64,000 nucleotides of DNA from IMG/VR virus record IMGVR_UViG_2687453603_000006. One strand, 5' to 3'. The notes beneath the pieces are model-generated. The model saw only the letters and a list, made by a program, of their open reading frames with translations, did no database searches and was not told the origin of the DNA. Within the stretch, counting starts at the first letter, position 1; every line of letters begins with the position of its first letter. Of this stretch, positions 9,871 through 19,478 are shown piece after piece. This DNA is from an uncultured virus (IMG/VR IMGVR_UViG_2687453603_000006). Lineage: Duplodnaviria > Heunggongvirae > Uroviricota > Caudoviricetes. Position numbers and translations under genes: made by a program.

Positions 9871-11143
9871 TCTCTTAACAATATTTGAACGCTCAAAACG
9901 TTTTAAAAAAATTTAAAAAAATTTATTTCTATCTATGCACTCAGTACAAAGCACAAATAAAAATATAATTAAGTAGATCATCATTAAATTGTTTAAATCG
10001 TCTTATATATTCCGTTATTTTGCAGTAAAAAGAAAATACATATAATAATAACGTTGTGTAGATCAAAAAGTAATATAACTATTATTATTTTACCTTTTTT
10101 AATGCTGGTATTACTTGGCTTTTTAGTGGGGGGATATGTTAAAGATTTGAAATCGCTTTGTTGTGAAATTTTCGCCGGCACTGTTACAAAATCACGCACT
10201 TTACTATATCCACCAGCAAAATATCCCACATCAATCTCATCACTGATCAATCAAATTTCACTCATCTTATCCATTTCCATCTCACTCAAATTTCATCACT
10301 CAATCATCTCATCAATATTCCTAACTATTCCAACTCATTTCCCAATCACTTCTTCAATTTTCACCACTTTATTTAACTCACCAATCTCACCAAATCAATA
10401 TTTCCCACTCGTAAATTCAGTCTAATTTCCACTCCATTCAATCCAAAAATTAAATGATTTAATTAAAATTTTAATCACTTCATAGCAATTTCATCTCATT
10501 TTATTTCCATCCATTTTTCCAAAACTACAACTAAAATTTTAACTTTGATTTTTGAAAATTGACCACTTTATTAGACACCTAAAATCACAATCATTAAATG
10601 ACGAAATTTTTTCTTTGATTATTTCCTAAATAGCATTGTATCAATATCTATCACTCAACACTTATATCACCAATCTTATTCACTCATCTGACTTTTAATC
10701 ATATTCATTTACTTTTCATTGATCACTAGCTATGCTGCAATTTCTTTTAGCATTACATTAACCAATCTGAAAATTAATTCTCAATTATAAAAGTAAAATT
10801 TTAATAATTATATTCTTATAGTCATTAATAATTAATTAAGCCTATAAACACTAAACTAATAATCACAAAACATTGTAATCTATCTGCTAAATTTCAAATT
10901 TATCCAATTCATCAATCGACATAGTGTTACTAGTATTGATCCACTTTTAATGCTTATCTAAAATAAAAAGACTACTTAAATTTCAAAAAGAAATCTAAAT
11001 AGTCATCTAACTTCATAATCTATTCATCTTCATCTACTGCTTTAACATACTTACTATTTGGTTTATCCAACTTACTAAATTCAGTTTTCTTTGAAACTAA
11101 AATCATTCTCTATGTTTTTATATTTTATTTTATAAACTATTTA

Positions 11144-11262
11144 AAATGCATTTTAAGATATCTGAGAGCTTATTTAAGAGGCTTTAAATCTTATTTGGTA
11201 TTATTTATCCAAAATGATGTATCGTTTCTCTATGAGCTTCTGAGATACCTTAAAATGCATTT
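11144..11262. repeat. Long imperfect inverted repeat (~120 bp hairpin)
   Basis: AAATGCATTTTAAGATATCTGAGAGCT ... AGCTTCTGAGATACCTTAAAATGCATTT. Confidence 0.7.
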
Positions 11263-11600
11263 ACCTAATTTACCAAAATTTCATGATCAATAATTAAGAA
11301 TATATTCTCACTTTTCATCCTACAATTTAATTTCAGTTCATACATACCTCTGAGATCCACATAGACACCCCTAATTGCTCAAGAAATATCTTTTTGGTAT
11401 TATTTATCCCAAAACTTATAAATGCTCTGTATGGCTCTCTAAATGCCTTTAAAAATGATTGTGTTATATTTTATTTCCAAACAAGTCACATTAGCCATGA
11501 ATAAAGTCGTGTAACGACTGCAATTCATGAAGGGTGCTATAACTGCGAAAGCTATGCTTGAGAAGTTAAGCAACCAACTTGTAATTGTTAAAAACGCACT

Positions 11601-12043
11601 AAAAAAGTTATGTACGTCCCTTGATATGACTGAATTTCAAATGGTTTTGTGTACAGTAATTTTTTAAAATTTTGAGGATATTTTCTTTCACCTCTTAAAA
11701 GTATATTCTCTTAACAGTTAATAATATATATAAATAGTCTTACTTTTAGGAGATATATGTTTTTGTACCCAAATTGTTATTATTAATCAAACCATTCAAG
11801 TACAAACCCTATTAAATCAAGCTTTCTGAGTAAATTTGTTTTAATTTATTACCATAATTCCCAGACTTCTTTTCACTAAAAATGATCGTAAAAAAGTTGT
11901 GTAGAACCCTTGATGTACTTGAGTTTTAAACTTGTCTTTGTACAGTAAAATTTATAGATTTTGAGGACAATTTTATCCCCCTTTTATAAGTATATTCTCT
12001 TAACAGATTATTATATATATAGTCTTACTTATAGGAGGTATAT
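11601..12043. repeat. Two ~155-bp imperfect direct repeats (candidate origin)
   Basis: 11601-11757 and 11890-12043 share TGTACAGTAA, ATTTTGAGGA, identical AAGTATATTCTCTTAACAG and ATAGTCTTACTT. Confidence 0.8.
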
Positions 12044-12114
12044 ATAAAAGTCCTCAAAATGTCATTAGGGGTATACTACCATTATTTTTGGTAAGCACAC
12101 CCCTATATCAAATA

Positions 12115-12990
12115 TTAAATTTCCCTAGATAAATTCAAATACACAATACTAATTAAACCACCATTATATTTCTTAGTCACTTGATTTAATTTATAATATT
12201 TTTCACCAAAATTATCTCTTATTTCTTTATGAAATTTTCTCGCTGTTATCTCTGTTATATCTAAACCCACTGCTATTTGACTTACTGACGTTTTAAACTT
12301 GTCTTTGTCTGTTATGTTGTTGTTTCCAGTAATGCCTTTTAAATAGGCTATGTAAAATAATGCTCCACTTGATAATTCACCAGTTAACACCTTCTCAATG
12401 GTCTTTAAATCAAACATGATATAGTCTACTGGTTCAATATTTAGAGGTTGTTGTTTAATTTGATATCCTCTTCCTTTTTTAACTTTCTTGCCATAAATAT
12501 GTAAAGTGGGTTCAATACAGATTTTGTATCTGTTCTCATAGTTATTAACTTTTTCCAATAGTTCATCACGAGTTAAATCATTAGTTGTTTTATGATTAGC
12601 GAATATGACTTCTTTATTGTCTTTGCTTTTTGTCTTAGATAACTCATACCACAACGGTAAATAATTTTGATGAGTAATATAGCCTTCTTTTTCAAAAAAC
12701 CCTGATTTAGTAAACTCTTTTCTAACTAATTTACTCCAACCAATATTCATAACATCTAGAATATTTGATAAGTGCATATGATGTTTTCTGTATGTATGGT
12801 AAGCATTATGATAGCACAGTATTATACCAATATAAGCATATAGTATTTTACCTTTAGTTGATACGCTCATTTTTTTATTTTTAAGATAAGTTATGACACC
12901 TCTCGGTATCACAACTTTGCCATTATTTTTAAATATTTCTCTTCTAATGTTTCTAATCTCTTCTTCAGTTAGTAAGTGCTTTTCTTCCAT
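12115..12990 (-). CDS. Basic protein with winged-helix-like segments; putative replication initiator
   Basis: 291 aa, HTH-like TSVSQIAVGLDITEITARKF; downstream of RecD2 and next to long direct repeats. Function inferred. Confidence 0.5.
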   Translation of the reverse strand: MEEKHLLTEEEIRNIRREIFKNNGKVVIPRGVITYLKNKKMSVSTKGKILYAYIGIILCYHNAYHTYRKHHMHLSNILDVMNIGWSKLVRKEFTKSGFFEKEGYITHQNYLPLWYELSKTKSKDNKEVIFANHKTTNDLTRDELLEKVNNYENRYKICIEPTLHIYGKKVKKGRGYQIKQQPLNIEPVDYIMFDLKTIEKVLTGELSSGALFYIAYLKGITGNNNITDKDKFKTSVSQIAVGLDITEITARKFHKEIRDNFGEKYYKLNQVTKKYNGGLISIVYLNLSREI

Positions 12991-13025
12991 GATTTTTCCC
13001 CTTTAATTTTTATATTTTATTTCTT

Positions 13026-15311
13026 TTAGTGTTCTAAAAATTCACTGATAAAACATTTTCTAGTTTTACCTTTATCAGTTTTAATCGAATAATGTACTGC
13101 TGATGTTTCTGCAAATAAGAAACATTGATTGATCGTTCTAGTTAGCATTGTGTATAAAAATTGTCTACTTAGCAACATGTAATCACTAAATGATAATGCA
13201 CCAACCAATGTTTTAAACCCGCTACCTTGTGAACGGTGACAACTAATTGCATATCCTAAATCAATTATACCTATCTCGTTAGTTTTCTGAGTATGTTCGT
13301 AGAATACTAATTCTTCCACACCCTCAAATTTAATCAACATTCCTACACCACTTGCACATTCAATGATTTCTCCAAATGTACCGTTAAATACTTCAGTTTC
13401 TTCGAAAGTCTTGTTTTCCAATAACGCAAAGCCATTCGCTACATCTTGGAAATCACTATAACCTAATGTTCTAGCAGTGTATTTGTTGCCTTGCTGAATA
13501 ACCCTGTCACCTTTTCTAAACTCATAAACCTTACCAGTCAATGTATTTTGAACTATTTTCTGAGGGTTAAACAATTCTTGTAATTCTTTATTCAAGTTAA
13601 CTACTGACAATTCTCCTTTTTCTTTTAAACCAGTAATAACTTGAATATCATTTGGGTTCATATCCTTATTACTTAAATAACGTTTCACAGTATGTAATAA
13701 ATTATCTTTAATAGCCGCTCTATCTTGGAAACCAAAGTAATAAAAATCTTTGTTATCACCATAAACAGTTAAGCCATAATCAGTGTAACCATTAAATTGA
13801 GTACCTTCACGTATCTTGTTAGCAACTTGTAATGTGCCAGACTCTTTTGCTTGTCTATGTACCTCAGTTAGAGTTACATGTTCAAATTCTGTTGTATCAA
13901 GTAAGTTGTCAAATACTGCTCCTCTACTGATCGAAGGTAATTGTCCACTGTCTCCTACAATCATTAATTGAGAACCGCTTTCCACAGCTTTAATTAAGTC
14001 TAAAAACAGTTTATTATCAACCATTGAGGCTTCATCTAGAATAACTACTTTTTCGCTCAATGGGTTTTCTTCGTTATGTAAAAAACCAAAATTCACTGGA
14101 TCAAATCTAAGTGTTCTATGTATAGTTTTTGCTTTTAGTCCGTTTTGTGACAGTACGTTTGCTGCTTTACCACTCAATGCACAAGCAACATGTGGTAAAC
14201 CGATAATATCAATTGCGGTTTTTAAACTTGAAGTCTTACCTGAACCAGCGAGTCCATCAAGTATAAATACTCCGTTGCTTACAGCTTTCCTAATCGCTTC
14301 TTTTTGCTGCTCATTGAATGTGAAACCTAGTCGATCCTCATTCATTTTGATAATATCTTCAAGCTCGTTTGTATCATATGAGGTGAAACTATCTCTTATT
14401 CTTCTTAAATGCTCTACGATTAGTTCTTCTTCTCTTCGATATTTCTTTAAACTGATATATCCATTGTCGTAATATACATTCGGATCGTTGATAATCAAAC
14501 TAAATGTTTCATCGTCAACCTCATCAATTTCTAATATGTCACATAAGTTTTCTTCAAATTTATCAATACTAAGCTTTGTATCTCCAAGTGCTACCATTTG
14601 TTCTATAACGTATAAAGCACCAGCTCTAATTCTTTGTGGTGAGTCAATACTAATACCTTTTTTCAAGCCATATTCATCTATACGCTTAAAACCAAAGCCA
14701 CCAGCAGATGTCAAATCATATATATTATTTTCTATGATATGTAATAATTTTTCTACTGATCCATAATGATCGGCTAGAGAAACAACTGCTTTAATACTCG
14801 CTCCTAAGGGTGCTAACTCTATAACTGCCTTGCTATACTTAGACATCTCAGTAAGCTTTTCTTTAATGGATAAAGCAGTAGCACTCTTAATTCCTTTTAC
14901 TTCTGTAATATCAACCTTGTCATTAAGAATATCTTTTACTAACTCGTCACTATAACCAAATTCATCAATAATTGCTTCCGCTTGATTATCTGTCAATATT
15001 ACTCTTAAAAACTCTTCATTCGCCTTTTTGCCTGAAATACCATCTGACTCCACTTCAATAAAAGTATATGTATCAATTTTTCTTCTTTCATCGTAGCTCT
15101 CTTTAAATCTAACAGTATAAGCCTCTCCTTCTACTAATGGCTGAACATTACCAGCAATAGAAAAATTTCTATATTGAGGATGAACTGTTATCTCCGGGTT
15201 AATTTCTCCTTCAAAGCTAAAACCATAAGCACCAAACATGCTACTATCATTATAGAATAGCTGCTTACTTACTACTAATCTCTCTCTAAATTCTTTAAAT
15301 TCTTTTTCCAT
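13026..15311 (-). CDS. recD2: RecD2-like SF1B helicase
   Basis: HhH segment GFGFKRID; Walker A GLAGSGKT; ILDEASMV; VGDSGQLPS; HRQ; YAISCHRSQGS. Confidence 0.92.
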   Translation of the reverse strand: MEKEFKEFRERLVVSKQLFYNDSSMFGAYGFSFEGEINPEITVHPQYRNFSIAGNVQPLVEGEAYTVRFKESYDERRKIDTYTFIEVESDGISGKKANEEFLRVILTDNQAEAIIDEFGYSDELVKDILNDKVDITEVKGIKSATALSIKEKLTEMSKYSKAVIELAPLGASIKAVVSLADHYGSVEKLLHIIENNIYDLTSAGGFGFKRIDEYGLKKGISIDSPQRIRAGALYVIEQMVALGDTKLSIDKFEENLCDILEIDEVDDETFSLIINDPNVYYDNGYISLKKYRREEELIVEHLRRIRDSFTSYDTNELEDIIKMNEDRLGFTFNEQQKEAIRKAVSNGVFILDGLAGSGKTSSLKTAIDIIGLPHVACALSGKAANVLSQNGLKAKTIHRTLRFDPVNFGFLHNEENPLSEKVVILDEASMVDNKLFLDLIKAVESGSQLMIVGDSGQLPSISRGAVFDNLLDTTEFEHVTLTEVHRQAKESGTLQVANKIREGTQFNGYTDYGLTVYGDNKDFYYFGFQDRAAIKDNLLHTVKRYLSNKDMNPNDIQVITGLKEKGELSVVNLNKELQELFNPQKIVQNTLTGKVYEFRKGDRVIQQGNKYTARTLGYSDFQDVANGFALLENKTFEETEVFNGTFGEIIECASGVGMLIKFEGVEELVFYEHTQKTNEIGIIDLGYAISCHRSQGSGFKTLVGALSFSDYMLLSRQFLYTMLTRTINQCFLFAETSAVHYSIKTDKGKTRKCFISEFLEH

Positions 15312-15354
15312 TTACATTTCTCCTTTTTGGGTATTAAATTTAAAACCTAATACA

Positions 15355-15416
15355 ACTATAAGAAATAAAATATAAAAAGTCAATATCTTTACAAAAGAAA
15401 TAAAATATAGTAAAAT
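15355..15416. promoter_or_regulatory. Back-to-back SigA promoters, each with the operator motif in its spacer
   Basis: Minus: TTGACT(15383-78)-17-TATAGT. Plus: TTTACA(15388-93)-17-TAAAAT. AAGAAATAAAATATA at 15360-15374 and 15395-15409. Confidence 0.75.
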
Positions 15417-15446
15417 AGTTTTATAACTTTGAAAGGAATTGAAAAC

Positions 15447-16943
15447 ATGATTATCACAAAGGAAAATTTACATAATTATGTAGATAGCTTAGGCTACTCT
15501 ACCGAAGAATTAGAAGAAATGAAAATTGGAGACTCGTATGAAATCTCTACAACTATTAATAAGATAAAAAGAACTGCGTTAGATGAATGGTTATTTTTAC
15601 GATTTGACTCAGTTAATACTCATATACATAAAGAATACCCTTCAAACCAAAATAATAAGGAATTGTGGGATAATTTTAAAAAATCTTGTGATTATGCTTT
15701 AAAGTATGGAGAAGATAGAAATAATGCGATCAAAGAAAACTTTAACGATGATCAAGCAGCAGAAATTGTTAGTACAGTAACGTTTATGAATGAACAAGTT
15801 AAAACTACTTCAGCTCAATTATCTGGAGAGTCTGGTATTACAAAAACGCTAGAAAAAATTGCAGATTATATTGTATTTTCTAAGTTCAACAATGCAAAAG
15901 AAGAAGAACAACACGAAGATATAAAAAAAGAAATTATGCGTCTTGAACGTATCAAAAAGAAAAAACGTAAAGAAGCTGAACAAAAAAGAATTGAAGAGGC
16001 TAAGTTAGAACTTAAAAACACTCCATATAACCATACTAAAAAACTATCAGTACCACCTTCTCATATGAATTTAACTAGTCTTAGCCAAATTCATGATAGC
16101 ACTATTAATGAGCATTCAGCTGGAACTCATGTTAATTACACAAGAGTAGATAGACAAATGGAGCAAGGTAAGTTTAATGAAGATATGGAGGCATTCTGGG
16201 AACGTTTTTCTCCAAGTAAACCTAATTCAATTCCTCATTACACTAAAGAACCAATTAATTATAAAGAATTAGCTTACAGTACGATGAAACAATATATAGA
16301 TGAAATCGAATATCTAGAAAGTAGACCTTTCTCACCTGATCGTGCAAAACAGATTTCATATTTAAAAACAGAAATGCGAACTGCTTTAGAAACATTAAGA
16401 AAAGTTATTCATATTCAACCAACCTCTTCTATTGATGAAACAATTCCTATGGATAGTTGGAATAGATTAAGTTTAAGAAACACTGATACATATATTGCTT
16501 TATTATTAGGTTACTATGACGCAACAAAGAAATATGACAATAAACCTTCAACTAGCTTTTGGGCTTTATTTAGAACTTTTGAGCAAATATTAAATAACAC
16601 ATTATGGACTAATGAAGAAAAAGTATTAATTGAGTTTATTCTTGAAACAGGTATTACTGATCAAAAACAAATCTCTTATGAGCTAGAAAAAGAAACTGGT
16701 AGTATCATATCTCAAAGTCAAATATCTAAATTAATCAATAAGCATATACCAAATAAATTACTTTATACATACGAAAAACAATTAGAAGACTGGATATGGA
16801 CTTATCGTAGAAAAGGTTTATATAAAACATGCAAGCATTGTAATGAAGTTAAGCTTGCAGTAGACAATAGATATTTCAGTAAAGACACTAAAGGAATATA
16901 TGGTTTAAAAGCTAAATGTAAGACATGCGAAAAGAAAAAATAA
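15447..16943 (+). CDS. Hypothetical protein with sigma-region-4-like HTH and C-terminal Zn finger
   Basis: ATG 15447 after AAAGGA. TNEEKVLIEF...DQKQISYEL...SQSQISKLI is HTH-like; CKHC...CKTC at the C-terminus. Confidence 0.7.
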   Translation: MIITKENLHNYVDSLGYSTEELEEMKIGDSYEISTTINKIKRTALDEWLFLRFDSVNTHIHKEYPSNQNNKELWDNFKKSCDYALKYGEDRNNAIKENFNDDQAAEIVSTVTFMNEQVKTTSAQLSGESGITKTLEKIADYIVFSKFNNAKEEEQHEDIKKEIMRLERIKKKKRKEAEQKRIEEAKLELKNTPYNHTKKLSVPPSHMNLTSLSQIHDSTINEHSAGTHVNYTRVDRQMEQGKFNEDMEAFWERFSPSKPNSIPHYTKEPINYKELAYSTMKQYIDEIEYLESRPFSPDRAKQISYLKTEMRTALETLRKVIHIQPTSSIDETIPMDSWNRLSLRNTDTYIALLLGYYDATKKYDNKPSTSFWALFRTFEQILNNTLWTNEEKVLIEFILETGITDQKQISYELEKETGSIISQSQISKLINKHIPNKLLYTYEKQLEDWIWTYRRKGLYKTCKHCNEVKLAVDNRYFSKDTKGIYGLKAKCKTCEKKK

Positions 16944-17201
16944 TACATATTCGAGAAGTTTGGAATAAAAAATGACTTCTGTTGACAATACTTTATGAAG
17001 AGGCATAAACAATCGTTGAGATTTAATTTATTTCCCTCTAAAGAAATAATATATAATAACAAAAATTTAATAAAATTCGTGAAAGCTACCACTTGATTGG
17101 AGGAGTAGCCTTTCACGTCTCATTCTTATGAGACTAATTAACATATCCAATCACAAAAAATTAGGGAAGCCTTTAACAAGGCAAAAAGGAGAAAATATAT
17201 T

Positions 17202-17531
17202 ATGACAAAATTAGCTAAAAAAGATTTAATTAACGAATTACAAGAAAAATCTCGTGTACGTGGTTTAGAAATTACTAAAAAAGACGCTGCAACATTATTC
17301 TCAGCATTTGAAGATACAATGATTGAAGCAATTCATGCTGCTGACGAAGTTGGTTACGATAGCTTCTCAACAAACTTTGGTACATTCAAAATCGTTGAAG
17401 TTCCAGAAAAATCTGGTGTATCACGTTTAGGCGGAGAAGAAAAATCTTGGACATCACCAGCACACAAAACAGTTCGTTTTAAATTAAATAAATCAGTTAA
17501 AGATAAATTAAAAGCAGAAACTTCTAAGTAA
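17202..17531 (+). CDS. HU-like DNA-binding protein (YonN-like)
   Basis: KKDLINEL, FGTFKIV and PAHKTVRFK are HU family motifs. Confidence 0.85.
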   Translation: MTKLAKKDLINELQEKSRVRGLEITKKDAATLFSAFEDTMIEAIHAADEVGYDSFSTNFGTFKIVEVPEKSGVSRLGGEEKSWTSPAHKTVRFKLNKSVKDKLKAETSK

Positions 17532-17556
17532 TAAAATATAGGAGAGGAATTTTATC

Positions 17557-17742
17557 ATGGCACAAATTACTAATTCAATTTCATTTAAAAACGCAATTAT
17601 CGACTTAGAAAATAATCAAATCATCGAACTTAACAAAGATACAGAGCAGCAATATTCATTATCAGAAGTATTTAGTCGTTTCCAAGACAAATATGTTTCA
17701 TTAACTATCAAAGAGAATTCAGAATTAGGTTTTGAAGGATAA
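17557..17742 (+). CDS. yonK: YonK family protein
   Basis: 61 aa, pattern SISFKNAIID...YSLSEVF...VSLTIKE; position after HU as in SPbeta. Confidence 0.75.
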   Translation: MAQITNSISFKNAIIDLENNQIIELNKDTEQQYSLSEVFSRFQDKYVSLTIKENSELGFEG

Positions 17743-17750
17743 TTCTCTCA

Positions 17751-18935
17751 ATGAGTTTAAATATTACTCGTGGTGATAATGAAACTTTAGCTCAGTATCA
17801 CTTCAGACTTTATAAAAATAAAGAAGAGATGGGGCTCAGCAATATTCAGATTGCTGACCTTCTCAATTCTGAATATGGTACAAATTACGATGAGTCTAAG
17901 TTCCGAAAAGAATATCAAGCTTACATTAACGTTTGGAAAGATATGATCGAAGAAAAGCATAAAGCTTCATTACCAAATGGTATTGTTGAAGAACTTAGAT
18001 ATGAACGAAATGAACTTAAAAAAGAAAAAATTCGCTTTAGTGATCAAAAACGTGAATTCAATAACATTCTTAGAAAAATGGCACGTTTAGAACACTTACA
18101 AGATTACCTTAAAGAAACAGTTGAACAATTAGAACCTGTGAACTTAAACATTCAACCAACTCATATTGGTGTTAAAGAAGCTATGGTAGTCATTAGTGAT
18201 ATGCATATAGGAATGCAAATTAACTCTCAATTTAACGTTTACAATAAAGACGTTGCTAAACAACGTTTAGAAAAACTTTGCAACAAGACATATGATAAGG
18301 TTCAAAAAGAGAATATTACAACATTACATATTGCGTCATTAGGCGATCAAATCAATGGTTTAATTCATTCGACAACTAGAATTAATAATGAAGAGAATGT
18401 AATTGAACAAATTATTACAGTTAGTGAATATTTAAAACAATTTGTTAAAGTTTTCCTAGATTTAGGCATTAACGTTAAATTTTATAATGTTGTTGGTAAT
18501 CATAGCAGAGTGGTTGCTAACAAAAAAGACTCAATCGGTACTTCTGAGTCTTTCGAGAGATTAATCACAACAATCTTAGATACTTCTTTTGAAAAATATA
18601 CTAATTATCACTCAGAAAGTGATACTGAAGGTTTTATAGTAATTAACATCTCTGGTAAAAATATAGTCTTAGCTCACGGTGACTTAGACAGAGGTGCTAA
18701 TTCGATTACTAAGCTTTCACAATTATTAGGAATTCAAATACATTACATATTTACTGGACATGTACATCATCATTTTGTTAAAGAACATGGCTTAACTGTT
18801 CAGTATGGTGTTGGTTCATTCTGCGGACTTGACCAATACGCTATTAGCGGTAGATTTTCTGGCCGCCCTTCTCAATTACTTGTGACATTTAATGAAACAG
18901 ATATTGAAGAAACTAATACAGTTTATTTAGACTAA
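17751..18935 (+). CDS. Calcineurin-like metallophosphoesterase (YonJ-like)
   Basis: SDMHIG, LGDQING, GNH, HGD and GHVHH motifs. Confidence 0.85.
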   Translation: MSLNITRGDNETLAQYHFRLYKNKEEMGLSNIQIADLLNSEYGTNYDESKFRKEYQAYINVWKDMIEEKHKASLPNGIVEELRYERNELKKEKIRFSDQKREFNNILRKMARLEHLQDYLKETVEQLEPVNLNIQPTHIGVKEAMVVISDMHIGMQINSQFNVYNKDVAKQRLEKLCNKTYDKVQKENITTLHIASLGDQINGLIHSTTRINNEENVIEQIITVSEYLKQFVKVFLDLGINVKFYNVVGNHSRVVANKKDSIGTSESFERLITTILDTSFEKYTNYHSESDTEGFIVINISGKNIVLAHGDLDRGANSITKLSQLLGIQIHYIFTGHVHHHFVKEHGLTVQYGVGSFCGLDQYAISGRFSGRPSQLLVTFNETDIEETNTVYLD

Positions 18936-19430
18936 ATCAAACTGGTTCCTGAGTACAAAAAACCCTTTACCCTAAGCATGATACGTCTGCTAGGAATTCT
19001 TAAAGGTGCTATTTGGTTACAGGTTTCGAATAGCTTTACTTTTTTTCTTAACGACAACTTTTCTACACCCAGATGTAGATTTTTATTCTCGATATTTTAT
19101 ATCGACTTTCAGTTAATAGCTGAACTCATTCAACCATCTTGGTATGATGGTTTCTCAAAGGCTTTGCGAATGTGCCCGTTGAAACATATCGTATTAAAAG
19201 TTGCTGTTTCTAGAGCGGCAACCAGTCATTTGATAACTTTTGAAAGATTAGTTACTATCTCGATTTTGAAAAACTCAGAACAGATTACCAGTCTGGTCGA
19301 GATATAGTTATAAAGTGTTGAACTTACTGGTTTGGTAAGCCTACTTCTTTTTAGGAGAAAGTTTAAGCGACTAATCTTTGCTTGAAAACTGTATCTAATA
19401 ATAATTAGGTATAGTTTTGAAGTATAGTTT

Positions 19431-19478
19431 CCTAACCAACGCCTCTTTTTAAAGCGAAACACGGTTAGGCTTTTTTTA
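19431..19478 (+). terminator. Terminator-like hairpin inside ncRNA block
   Basis: CCTAACC...GGTTAGG followed by a T-run. Confidence 0.5.

Noticed and set aside
9196..10425. ORFs 9196-9381, 9295-9603, 9993-10250, 10054-10425
   Set aside because: Products of low-complexity, skewed DNA (C/V/Y/M/H/T or S/I runs); no RBS.
19058..19080. TTTCTAC...GTAGAT resembling a Cas12a repeat
   Set aside because: Single copy, loop differs, no array or cas genes; no CRISPR array seen anywhere in the window.
18978..19462. ORFs 18978-19307 (+) and 19226-19462 (-)
   Set aside because: No RBS, atypical codon use; region is better explained by RNA structure.
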